A DNA stretch of 63,526 nt, the filler included, from Collodictyon triciliatum (taxonomy: Eukaryota), in the NCBI GenBank assembly GCA_043381765.1. It is 14 parts of 14 records of this genome, joined end to end, with 100 filler letters (N's around TTAATTAATTAA, not from the genome) between each part and the next. Parts side by side here need not be neighbours in the genome. Positions count along the whole stretch, not along the records: positions 9,462 to 14,086 come from JBHJMP010005905.1; positions 14,187 to 18,811 come from JBHJMP010005906.1; positions 18,912 to 23,526 come from JBHJMP010005907.1; positions 23,627 to 28,251 come from JBHJMP010005908.1; 10 more parts are not named here. The stretch is one strand, 5' to 3'. Both the position numbers and the translations under genes were made by a program. The notes beneath the pieces are model-generated. The model did no database searches, had not been told where the DNA came from, and saw only the letters and a program-made list of their open reading frames with translations. How positions within the stretch are numbered: position 1 is the stretch's first letter; each line of letters opens with the position of its first letter. This document shows positions 12,412 through 23,967 of this stretch, one piece after another.

Positions 12412-12920
12412 ATTTGCTGGATTTCTGGTTCAGACATGCGATTTCCCCTTCGTGTCTGTGTGCAATGTCTATTGAACTTTATTCGTGCTTCTCATGACTC
12501 TTATACCGCCCCAGAACCAACACACTCCTTCCACCACCCACCGAGCACTTGCCACTTTTTGTTCTAGTGAGGGCGTGTGCCAAAACCACATTTCAAGAAG
12601 CTCCTCTGGCTGTTCTTCTGTGTCCATTCTTCCCTATTCGTGATTGAAATTCAAAATATGAACACTTTATCCATTTCTGGAGAATCCTTCCTGGGGTGCT
12701 GAAGCTGCGAACCTGGCCCGATGCGACTGATTTGGACATCAACGTATTCCTTCTTTGGGAAAAGTTCGCCGTTTCCTCCTGGAATGACGTCATAGCGTGT
12801 CCTTATGCCATATGTGGATTGCTGAGTTTTCCTCGACGCAGGGCGGATACCCCAAGTTTTTTTTTTTAATCAATTCTTTGCCTATTCTCGCAATGGTCAT
12901 TAACTGCGACACATGAACTA

Positions 12921-13647
12921 TTCCTTCTTTCGATTCCGCTCGAAGGCCAGAGGCAAAACTCATACAAGGAGTGAAATAAGTGTGCATGATAGAGAGCAAA
13001 TACGAGCAGGAGAAGACACTACCGTGGAGAGGCCAGTACTGTAAAGAAATCAGTGATAGCGAGCTGGTCAGGTGGGCGTCCCAACTGGTTGATTGGCTGC
13101 GTGGGTAGCAGGGGTTTGAATGGAGTGTGCGAGATATCGCACGACACATTCCCACATCTCTCTATGCTTGCGGTCAGAGTAGCGAATAATGCGGGCGTGT
13201 TTCAGCAGGCTGTTCAGGAAGCTGTATTGCACGAGGCTTTCTATCATGGATATATTGATTTCTCGTTCGGGTGAATCATTGGAGCGAGAGAATGCACGCA
13301 CACTCCATAAGGACCACAGCATATGTCCCCTTGTGATTGTCCAGAGTATTCTAGAGTCGTGGGTCATTTGGTATTGTGGGCCAAACAGGATGTCAGACGC
13401 GCTGAGACGGCTGGGAGCACAATCAAGCTCAGAGAGCATCTTGTGAGACTCTGTCACTTTTTGAGCAAGAGAGCACTTCACAAATGAGTGTTCGATAGAG
13501 TCGTCTCCACTATGGCACATGGTGCATTCTGGAGAGGTCGTTGCTGCATGAACACACGCGCACCTATCCACAGCTATCTGTTGGAGATATTGAGAAGTAG
13601 GGCGCGGTGTTTCGGGTGTAGCTGAGGCATACGGGCTTGCTTCCAGC
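12921..13647 (-). mobile_element. 5'-truncated copy 2 of the non-LTR retrotransposon (C-terminal Cys/His zf-RVT-like region plus 3' UTR)
   Basis: Encodes CTMC...DSIEHSFVKC; high nucleotide similarity to 57883-58610 on the opposite strand. Confidence 0.88.
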
Positions 13648-13908
13648 AGAATTAATTGAAGTCCTTCGGGTTATCTAGCCCAGCTATGCGATAGGCATGG
13701 CCCCCAGGATGGCAGCTTCAATTCACCAAAAAGGAAGGACTGGGTATCGGTTCTGGAAAATAAAGTTATCTATGCGAGCAGACCGCCACCCATAAGCCTC
13801 GCTGCTGGGCCGCTTATTGACCACACCCACCACCCGACGGCCTTTGTCTCCTCTGAGCTTTTGGAGTTTCTGCATGCACCCCGATCGAAAGGAAAGCGTC
13901 ATAAACTT

Positions 13909-13929
13909 TTTTCCTTTATTCGATTCAAA
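13909..13929 (-). mobile_element. 21-bp 3'-terminal retrotransposon micro-insertion with 17-bp TSD
   Basis: Minus-strand insert TTTGAATCGAATAAAGGAAAA matches the 3' end of copy 3. It is flanked by perfect direct repeats GAAAGCGTCATAAACTT at 13892-13908 and 13930-13946. Confidence 0.85.
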
Positions 13930-14186
13930 GAAAGCGTCATAAACTTGAAGCAACAAGTGGCCTTAGCGTCCTTTGTTTTCGCTCAAGAAACGACTGAAAA
14001 CTAAAAAACCAAAAAAACCAAAAAAACCAAAAAAACCAAAAAAACCAAAAAAACCAAAAAAACCAAAAAAACCAAAAAAAAAACAANNNNNNNNNNNNNN
14101 NNNNNNNNNNNNNNNNNNNNNNNNNNNNNNTTAATTAATTAANNNNNNNNNNNNNNNNNNNNNNNNNNNNNNNNNNNNNNNNNNNN

Positions 14187-14290
<104 letters not shown>

Positions 14291-14478
14291 ACAAAAGAAT
14301 GATATATAGAAATATATAACTGGTTGTATTGAACCATGGCGAGAAAATGAAAGTTCCCTCTTCGCTGTTCCGAAATACGATGCTATTGTTTATGAAGATT
14401 CTTTTTCGATGTCTTCATGCGTGAGCCTACCGAGTGTGCTGCTTTCCAAAGCTTCAGAGGTGGCCTCTTGCAAGCGCG

Positions 14479-17400
14479 CTAGACGAGAATGCTAAGGGCT
14501 GCGGGAATGACATCATAGCGTATCGGCTTGTAGGGAACGATTTCACCGTCAACAACCAGATAAGACTTGTCCACAGGTTCGATGTAGAACGAGTGCACCT
14601 TCTGGTATGTGAACTACAAAGTAAAGTGTAAATGTTTATAATCAACCAATCGAACTTACAAAGGACAAAGAAAAAGAGGATAATTAAAGAAAAGGAAATA
14701 AAAACAATTTTTTTCCAAATCTCCTTTGTGTCATGAAACTGTTAGCAACCAGATTGTGAAAGCCAACATTTTAAATATGTAATATTCATTTCACTTCAAC
14801 GCCAGTGTGTTCCAATGTTCTTATCAAAAAGAAAGGTTACGGATGGCAGGTTGAAATATTATTAATGCATTTTTTTTTGGTTAGGGCCAAGGACCTGTGG
14901 AAGATGGATATGCTCTCCAGTCTCAAGCTTTAACATCATGCTTGCTAGAGTGAAACGGGTATGCTTTCCTGCGGGAACGTTTTGTGAATAGACCAAGAAT
15001 AAAATCGTTTATAAATAGCACAGTCTCTTGACAAATATTAATTATTTTAGAATCATCACCCAATGGCCAGCTTAGTTCCAAACCGCTCAGCACATAAAGA
15101 ACGATGATGATGATGAATAGGAAAAAAATAAGAAAAGAAAATAAAATGGATATATCAGAATCGCCAATCTTACCACGGACAAAAGCGAGGTCGATGGCAC
15201 CATCAGATAAATGAGCATAAGGTGCTGGAATCATGTCATAGTTGATTTTGCGCACATTACAAGCCTTTGAGAATTAAAAAAATAATTATTTTGATCGATT
15301 TTTCAAAAGAATAAAAAGCAACACAGGCAATAGGCAACTGTCTATTTCGTCCTACCGATCGAAATACTTACCATGAAAAACATAAACTTGTCATCAAAAG
15401 ATGTCCATCCATTTTCTTCGTTGCAATCTGCTGGAAGAAGGGCAGTGTCCTCTGGAATTAAATACTCCTTTCCTCTGCCTTTTTTTAATTTGGTTGATAT
15501 TAAAATCAAAAAATTGTCCTCTCGTCATCATAAGAGGCTGTATATCTTGATAGGACAAATGGCATTTTCTTTTTTTGTTTTCTTTTTTGTTTTCTTTTTT
15601 GTTTCCTTTTTTGTTTCCTTTTTTGTTTTCTTTTGTTTCCTTCTGTTTCTTTCCTTTTCAAGCATAATTAAATGATGCAAACCGGCACACCCCTCAAGTA
15701 TGTGTTGATTTAGTTGACTGACTTTTTGGCTTGGTGAACTACGTACCTATGAAACGCAAAGCTTCAATTTTTCCTAATTTCTTCATGTGTGAGGGGGAAA
15801 TGTAAATTAAAAATAAAGAAGTAATCGCAAGTAAATGCGGTATCGTAGAACTGTTAATCTGCACCTGTGAGCAACCTTGACAATGACCAAATATTTCACA
15901 TGGTATATTGGACGGCTCTTTGGCACTCAAGTAGTGAACTTTGGCATTATAGCTCTATTTTATAAAAAGAATATGACTCATGCTTCCTAATTCTAAATCA
16001 TCACAAACTCATTAGAATAAAGGAAACAGAGGTAATAGCTGAATCAGTTTCATAGAAAATGTTGTAATGAATAATATAGGAAAGTAAAAAGTAAATTTTG
16101 GCAAAAAAAAAATGGAGTTTTTTGAAAAGAAGTTTACGGTGAGGCTCAGGATTTCCTTCACCGCTCCGTATGTGAACCTGGCATCACCCATCCAACGCAG
16201 GCTTTCTGTTTCAATATCAACCTGTCCCAACACACAAAAATAATGCATCATACTACCATGAATAGCTTTCATTGAAAAATTATAAAATAGTGCAGGAAGT
16301 GTCAAATATTATGTACAAAAAAAAGGACAAGGTCAGAGAAATCCATTACTGATGGCAAGGATGGTGTGTATGGGTCGCTTACTTTTCCAGTTATGCCCCA
16401 TGACAAACTCAAAAATGAAAACATAGGAAGAACGCCGTGCTGCCGTACAACCGACAGGTCCAAAGGGACAGCATTTCCTGGAGTGAGATACTTCATGAAA
16501 AAAAAAAAACCTCTAGGCAAATGCTGCTTGAGGAAGAAAATAGATACCTCGAATCAATCGCATCACTGCAGATGTTGGGTCGTTGAAGTTGATGCTCGCA
16601 GCCAAACCGTTGCCAGACCCTAATGTGACGAGACAATTATACACAACCCGGATAATAAAATATCAAAGATGATACCCCCATTTAAAAAATAATCTAAAAA
16701 CGAATACGGTAAATAAAGATACACTGAACTGCCTCTTACCGGCAGGAATCGTTCCTATGGGGATTTTCGTAGCTGTTTTCCAGTCCAGACGGTGAAACAA
16801 AGCGTTTACCATCTTGGGAAAAGGGGAATAAAGATGTGTATGAAGGATAGGAAAGTGTGTTCAAAGTTGGTTTCGATTACATTGTATTCTACCACAGCGC
16901 AATCCATGCAAAAAGCCATCGGCACAGAAATGGTGCTTTGTTGTAAATAAACACCTCAAAGAGTGTACCGTCACCTCCAGCACCAATAAGAGCTTGGTAC
17001 CTATCAAGGTCCATGGAATAGACAATCTCATATCCATGCTTTGACCGCTCTGTTTCTTGGGTGGTTAAAAAAATTGTGAGTTAAAATCAAAGTAACATTA
17101 GTTTTCGGACATTGATCACTAAAGTTACCAAATAAATCAATGCTCACGCCTGCTGCATGGAATATGGGTCGAACCTTTCAATGTTACAGTTGAAGTGTTT
17201 GTATGATTTTAATGATAAATTTTTTTAAAAAAAAAAACAGAAAAAACCGACAGAGCACGTCTTGATAGGAGAGAGAGAGAGAGAGGGAAAAAACTACCTC
17301 ATTATGAGCGGTGAGTTGATGAATTTAAAATTTTGGAGTGTGTGGCCAAATAAAAACATATTTATTGCTTCGATTAAGGGTACGAATATACGAATCCTAC

Positions 17401-18516
17401 GGTCTGGAATATATCCCTTCCTCTCCCAGTTCCACCGAACGGATTCAAGATGACTGCAAATCGGATATTTGGGACATCTACAATTAAAAAAAATGTTAGG
17501 AAGTTAAGTAAACGGAAACTATTATGTAAATATGAATTAATTAACAAATAACCAAGTGAGTGGATGAAAAAAAAAAAGACCGTGGCTGGGTGCAGTTTGA
17601 GGCGGGCATATGATTAGCAAAGGGATGAGAAGAAAGGAATGAACTTTACTCATTGCAATGGGCATGGCCAAGACGTTTCTGATTCTCCTGCTGATGGAGG
17701 CGATCAAATCGGCATCATCTGCGTGGAATTCACAGAGTCCCTTCCGTCTCTCCTTGCCTTCAGAAGGAACCCAGCACTGCAGAATCATCCTACAATATCC
17801 CATTTCATATGGCGTTCACTTTAGTTCGCCACACGAGCAGCAAAAAAAAAAAAAAAGAAGAAGAAGAATGGCCGCATTCGTCCGATACCATTGATATCTT
17901 TGAGACGGGCAATGCAAACTTCTCAGGGACCACATGAATATGCAAATAAATATTTTACTATTCTTATATATAATTAGAAGAAGAAAATGACATGCTTTCT
18001 TTTTTAAAAGTGACTCTATTTTCCATTTCAAAGTAATAGATAATCAAAGCAAGGATAAGACATGAAAAGGTAAAGTACGGCCCGGCTAAATGATTTACAT
18101 CGTCCGTACCAATTCGACGAAGAGACGACGCCCACAACATCCGCAAATATGAGAGTAAAGTCCTGTCCTACAACCAGCAACCCCGAAACAACAACCGCGG
18201 TGACTCGACAGCCTCATTGACTCCTTTTATTTCCCACAGAAAACAGACAAAAAAAAAAAAGCAAGAAAAAAGGTATCTGTTGACGAGTCAGGCGCCATAA
18301 AACGCAGCAGCAACAGAAAGAAAGAAAAAAAAGAAAAAGAAAAGAGAAGAGGAAAATACCTTTGCAACTCCAGCGCATGTACTGACGAGAAAGGCTGAAC
18401 ACACACGGGAATCCGCCCTGGTAAAGTCCCCGGAACATCGCCGGGTCTTCTGTCTGGACCGCACCGACCGTCTGAGGCCGTCCGCTCGCCGGACTTTCGT
18501 CGAAGTCGTCAGCCAT
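14479..18516 (-). CDS. SPHK: Sphingosine/long-chain-base kinase (DAGK catalytic family), multi-exon, complete
   Basis: Spliced motifs VILNPFGGTG, ETERSKHG, GAGGDGTLFEMVNAL, PIGTIPAGSGNGLA, SLSWG..VDIETESLRWMGDARFT, APYAHLSDGAIDL and VVDGE. ATG 18516, TAG 14479. Confidence 0.92.
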
Positions 18517-18720
18517 GTCCCCGACTGCACGAGACACGCGGGTCAGATCAGAGGCAAAGCAGCCCGCCAGCAACGAAAGGCAGACTGGCAGGTGCGTTGA
18601 AAGTGGCAGACAGAGTATGCGCGGCTGACGAGTCTTCTTTGACAGGGATAATCTGCGCGGAGCGGCGCCGTTGTTTGCGAAGCGGTGGAAGAAGGATTTG
18701 GAAGAATGAGAGAGAGAGAG

Positions 18721-18796
<76 letters not shown>

Positions 18797-19022
18797 TGTG
18801 TGTGTGTGTGTNNNNNNNNNNNNNNNNNNNNNNNNNNNNNNNNNNNNNNNNNNNNTTAATTAATTAANNNNNNNNNNNNNNNNNNNNNNNNNNNNNNNNN
18901 NNNNNNNNNNNAAAAAAGAAAGAAAAAAAGAAAGAAAAAAGAAAGAAAAAAAGAAAGAAAAAAAGAAAGAAAAAAAGAAAGAAAAAAAGAAAGAAAAAAA
19001 AGAAAGAAAAGAAATGAGACAT

Positions 19023-20332
19023 ACTCCATGTCTTCTCCATCACTCCCACCGTCATCATCTCCTTCATCGCCATCGCCATCATCACCATCAGCCCTGAGGC
19101 GACGATACATACCGGCTCTGTGTTTGCTATGCACCAAATGTTAGCTGAATGAATCACCATTCAAAGGTACGAAGGAATACAATATTTCATGAGGTTAGAT
19201 CAAACAGGCGCATTGGTGGAATGTTAAACATAATACCATAGGAAAAGATTAACAACCCTTACTTTATGGAACGGCACATGAAAAAGACTATCCTCTTCAG
19301 CGATTTGTTGAAGAAGAAAAAATTGAAGTTCCAGCTGTAGATGTCGAGCAGAAGGGTCAGAATCATTCAGATATATTTCAGAGTCTCTTTTTCACGAATG
19401 CGAAGGGGAATAAGGCCGCAGCTGTGCTGATTAAAAGGACTCACTATGCCCCTGGCGCAGCGAGCGGATCGTCTTCAGATTGGGGGATGTAGGAGAAGAT
19501 GAAACAGTCCCGGACAGTGACGGTTTCCTCCAGGCTTCTCCACAACTGATTGAGAAATGAAGTCTGCTGGTCACGTGGGAAGCAGTTTCCTAGGAACGAG
19601 TTGATTGTCGTCTGCGCATGGACGTAATCTTCCCTTTGGAACTCTTCTGCTTTGGCTCCACTGTGATTTGAGACGGTTAGAAGTGTTGTTCGTCGCATGA
19701 ACCAGAACGCTGAGAGAAATGTCGAAGTAAAAGATAGAGAAATACGAGAGAGAGAGGAATGAAAAAGCTAGATGGTTTGCGGTTCAGTTGTACATATGCT
19801 TTTCAGGAATAATGGGTGAACCTAAAGTCATAATCAGGAAAGCTGCTATTCAAGAGTGAGATCAGGTATATCAGCATTTTCCGGCTAGTGACGTTTGTGA
19901 GGGGCCCAAATGGTGAACTTGAGATAATAGAATGCTCGGGCGACTTGGGAGACCGATTCAGTTCCTCGACGATGCGGTCATCCAGGAGTTTAGCTAGCCT
20001 CTTATCCTGGTTAACCTGCTTACCTGGGAGGGAAGCAGAAAGAGAAAAGAATACTGGTTATTCACTTGCATCGGTTGATATATTTTTCTTAGGTCAAGCG
20101 TTCTGTTTTATTGTTTTGTTTACAGAGTTCTTCTGACTTTGTCTTCAAGCGTTCTTTTTTTTTACAGAATGTAGAATATGACAATATCGAATCGTAGGAT
20201 TTTTCTTTTCTCTTGCGATACCAACGTACAGGAGTAAGCTTCAAAACGGCCTTCGACCAAGCGATCGACAAGCTCGATTCTGTTCATGATGGCGTTCAAC
20301 GCCTCCAGTTCGGGACAATCAAGAAACTTCAT
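19023..20332 (-). CDS. MAF1: RNA polymerase III repressor MAF1, multi-exon; extreme C-terminus probably lost at contig end
   Basis: MKFLD..GRFEAYSCK, SPFGPL..SRKMLIYLISLLNSSFPDYDFS, LWRSLEETV..DCFIFSYIP..DDP, WNFNFFFFNK and an acidic tail. Confidence 0.93.
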
Positions 20333-21182
20333 ATTCGATAGCCTGGATTGAACAAGAACCTAAACATTCAGCGGTGGGGGCAAAAGGAGGCAGCCTCAAA
20401 CGGCGCAGAAAGAAGGCGGTCTCTGGAACCAAAGCCAAGCAAAACAGAATAACCGGCTCGAAGCTAAGTGGCTCGATCAGTTGCAAACTTCCTACGGCAG
20501 ACTCTGCTTTCCTTGGGCTCTGCCTTTTGATCCGACCTCTTCGACCGGATGAGCAAGTCAGGGAGGTGTCTGAGTAGAGAAAAAAAAAACCACAAAGAAA
20601 AAGTAAAAACAAAGGCGATCACCACATAGATGTATGAGAGGTTGATCTGTTTGCTCTCTGCTGGGTTTTTTCATTTTCTTTTCATTTTTACTGGGAAGTG
20701 GGCTTTAGAAGAAACAACTCCACGGCTTTGTGTAACCATATTGTGCTCCATGAAGGTATATTGGAGGCCTTCTTCATGAGCTTCGATCCTCTTCTGCCTC
20801 ACATCACACTTTGTTCGCTTGGCCGATCGAGTCAGGCACAGATCATTGTTCGTTGGTTGCTCCTATCACACAGACGTGCTTCGTAACCAGCTTCGTAACC
20901 AGATTCGTGAGCACGCGTATCAGACGGCTTGATTTCGCCGAAAGTTCCCGAATAAATAACCGCAATTTTGGACAAATTTTATGCGGGAACCCCAATAAAT
21001 CATCCAACCCACAAGCAAAATAATTGGCCATCTACAACGCCCACCAAGAGATGTCTACAAGACATAAAAGTCTTCTCCAGATATGTACATATTTCTTGGG
21101 AATTTATTAGTGTACACCATTTCTGGATACGATGCGGCGCGGTTGATGGCAAGGGTGGAGTGATGCGGCTGTCGGTGAGGCC

Positions 21183-21969
21183 TTAGATTTCGTGGTGCCT
21201 TGTGCTTGTCGGGAGCAACATCAGCACTTGGTCGGTGGACGAGTAAACATAAAGCCTGTCTTCCACATAGACAATATGCTGGAATCCCTCCTTTGAATGA
21301 ATTTTTTCGATGTACTCAAATATCAAGGAAAAGCAGATAATTCCTTGATTAAAGTCGCTTACAAATATCACACTTCGGCTGGCAGCGATGCACACAGGCC
21401 GACGGAGTTGGGTTAGTGGTTGGCTCTCTCTTCGAAGAGTCCAAACTTCTTTTGCACCGTTCTGATTTTTTTCGAAATGAAATAACTCAAAGTAAAACAC
21501 ACCTTGCCTTCTTCGTAATATGATGACATGATTTGGCGTCAAGAATATTCTGAGTTTGTGTCTCGGCAGCGAATCGACGTCCCTTGCGTGAACCACTATC
21601 CCGCACAGGTTCAGCTCTTTGATAAACGTTTCGTCCTTCAGCCCTTTCAAAACAAATATATATTCTCTCAACCCAAGCTCGTGGATGCCAGCAATATGAC
21701 AACAGCCGATGGAAATAAGAGGTATTCCCGAAAAATTGAACACCAGTAAACGAGAGAGCCTTTTATCATATCCCATAATTTCAGTAGGAGACAGGAGTGA
21801 TATCGATGTAATAAAGGTAAAATCATCAGGCAGTTTAATACGAAGATGATCTGATCTTTTACAGTTGATTCTAGTGATGTAACACTTTTCTTCATGCAAG
21901 ATGTACAGACAACAATCTAATCTGCTGGATGCAATCAGGCTGGGCCTTGGGATCTCCCATTTCTCAACC
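21183..21969 (-). CDS. Terminal exon of a hypothetical protein with possible NHL/beta-propeller-like repeats
   Basis: About 260 open codons after acceptor AACAG|GTT; beta-strand-rich; LRRPVCIAA..VIFVSDF resembles an NHL blade. Upstream exons not resolved. Confidence 0.45.
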
Positions 21970-23185
21970 TGTTACCCAAGAAATGAGCGTCAGCCCAACA
22001 CATTTCTCGAGTTTATGGAAAATCGATACTAGAGAAAGCAGATAATAAAAGCAAGCATTTTCTCACCAATAATCTTGAAGGAAAAAAAAAGCAACAATTT
22101 CAGGTACGCACAACATATTGTATTATTTTATCTATTTCAATATCATAAGAGTACTAAGGTGCTTACAGTATAATTCAAAATCCTGTGAGGCAAAATAATT
22201 CGTATGAAATACGAAAAAGATTCTTTTAACATATTATATTTCAATAGGTGCGAATTCGAATCAGAATGATGCATAATTAAGCCTTGTTTGAATAAAGTAT
22301 GAATAATCACCGTGTAAACATATCATCAGGAATCTTGTCTTTCTCAACTAAAGGCAAATATTCTCTGCAATAAGTATGTAATAATCGAGATTACGAGACT
22401 GCTGCGAAAGCTCATTTGGTATACTTTTTTTATCGGTTATTTTGTGGGTTAAAGCAGCATTCCCAAAACCCAAACTCCAAAGCTATCAGCCAGCCCACTC
22501 ACGGATTGAAGTATGAACGTTATTATTGAAATATGATATATTAATCTCCACATACTCAAAATAAATCCAGCCTTTGTCGCCTTCGCGATCACCTTGTCCA
22601 GATCCACCGTGAGAGTTTTGAAAGGCCATCAAGCCAACAGTCTAAATCCTATTCCTTTATCGAAGACACACTAAAGAAGGTCGAAGCACTATTGTGCTAT
22701 AGAATTTATGGAAAGTAATTATATATATATATATATATTGAAGATTCGGCCCCTTAAATCTAAATGATTTATGAAAGTATCCAAGTTACGAACGAGGGTT
22801 GGAGTTAGGTAATCGTATAACCTCGCTTGGCAATCGCCTCACATCTCAAAGATTATGAAAGCTTGGGCGAACAAAGTTGAAATCCCGCCCCTCCTATTTC
22901 CTAACATCACAAAAATGCTGCTAGTGTATCCCTCGTCAAAAACACCACCATCAATGTTGCAGCATCCGAGCAGATTGATCTCATCAAGATGCGATGACTT
23001 GCGCAACACATGCATCATCACTCCCATCAACACCCACCAACCCCCAACAGCCACACAATATATACTTTGTCCTTGCTGCGCATTCAGTGAATGGCTGGAG
23101 CAAATCTGGAAACGATACTCGAGCGAAATTCATAATATAGGTGGCGCATTTGTTCTGGTCGATCACACAAATAAAGAGAATCAAA

Positions 23186-23526
23186 AGGAACAAAACGATC
23201 TAAAGGAACAAAAAGGAACAAAAAGGAACAAAAAGGAACAAAAAGGAACAAAAAGGAACAAAAAGGAACAAAAAGGAACAAAAAGGAATAAAAAGGAACA
23301 AAAAGGAACAAAAAGGAACAAAAAGGAACAAAAAGGAACAAAAAGGAACAAAAAGGAACAAAAAGGAATAAAAAGAACCAAAAAGAACCAAAAAGAACCA
23401 AAAAGAACCAAAAAGAACCAAAAAGAACCAAAAAGAACCAAAAAGAACCAAAAAGAACCAAAATGAATAAAAAGAAACAAAAATGAATAAAAAGGAATAA
23501 AAAGGAATAAAAAGGAACAAAAAGGA
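23186..23526. repeat. (AAAAGGAACA)n / (AAAAGAACCA)n 10-mer minisatellite
   Basis: Direct tandem repeat at contig end. Confidence 0.95.
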
Positions 23527-23967
23527 NNNNNNNNNNNNNNNNNNNNNNNNNNNNNNNNNNNNNNNNNNNNTTAATTAATTAANNNNNNNNNNNNNNNNNN
23601 NNNNNNNNNNNNNNNNNNNNNNNNNNTTTTGTTTCTTTTTTCTGTTTCTTTTTTCTGTTTCTTTTTTCTGTTTCTTTTTTCTGTTTCTTTTTTTCTGTTT
23701 CTTTTTTTCTGATTCTGAATTTTGATTGGACAAGTTTTAATCCGTTTTAACGTTCGAAACTGCACGAAGGACGGAGCGATGGAGGGGCGGCATCGTGTCC
23801 GGCGGAAAATGTTGTGGTGTTTGGGTTTATGGCAGGTACAGTAAGCGGCGATGTAATGAACGAGCCGGGATATGAGAGAGGGATTTGATGGGTAATAAAG
23901 AGAAAGAGAAAGAGAAAGAAGGGACAGAGCTTCGGTAATAGGCACTTGTGAACGGCCCGGCAGCATT

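Noticed and set aside
12593-13890. tRNA gene or other fixed target beside the LINE copies (TRE-like targeting)
   Set aside because: No cloverleaf or A/B boxes were found near any copy, and the target sites are unrelated in sequence.
17790-17830. Possible non-canonical (AC) acceptor or in-frame TGA in sphingosine kinase
   Set aside because: A canonical TGTAG|G acceptor at ~17790 gives the correct phase.
23186-23526. Regular repeats as a CRISPR or telomeric array
   Set aside because: There are no spacers, and repeat units differ between contig ends, so these are simple satellites that broke the assembly.
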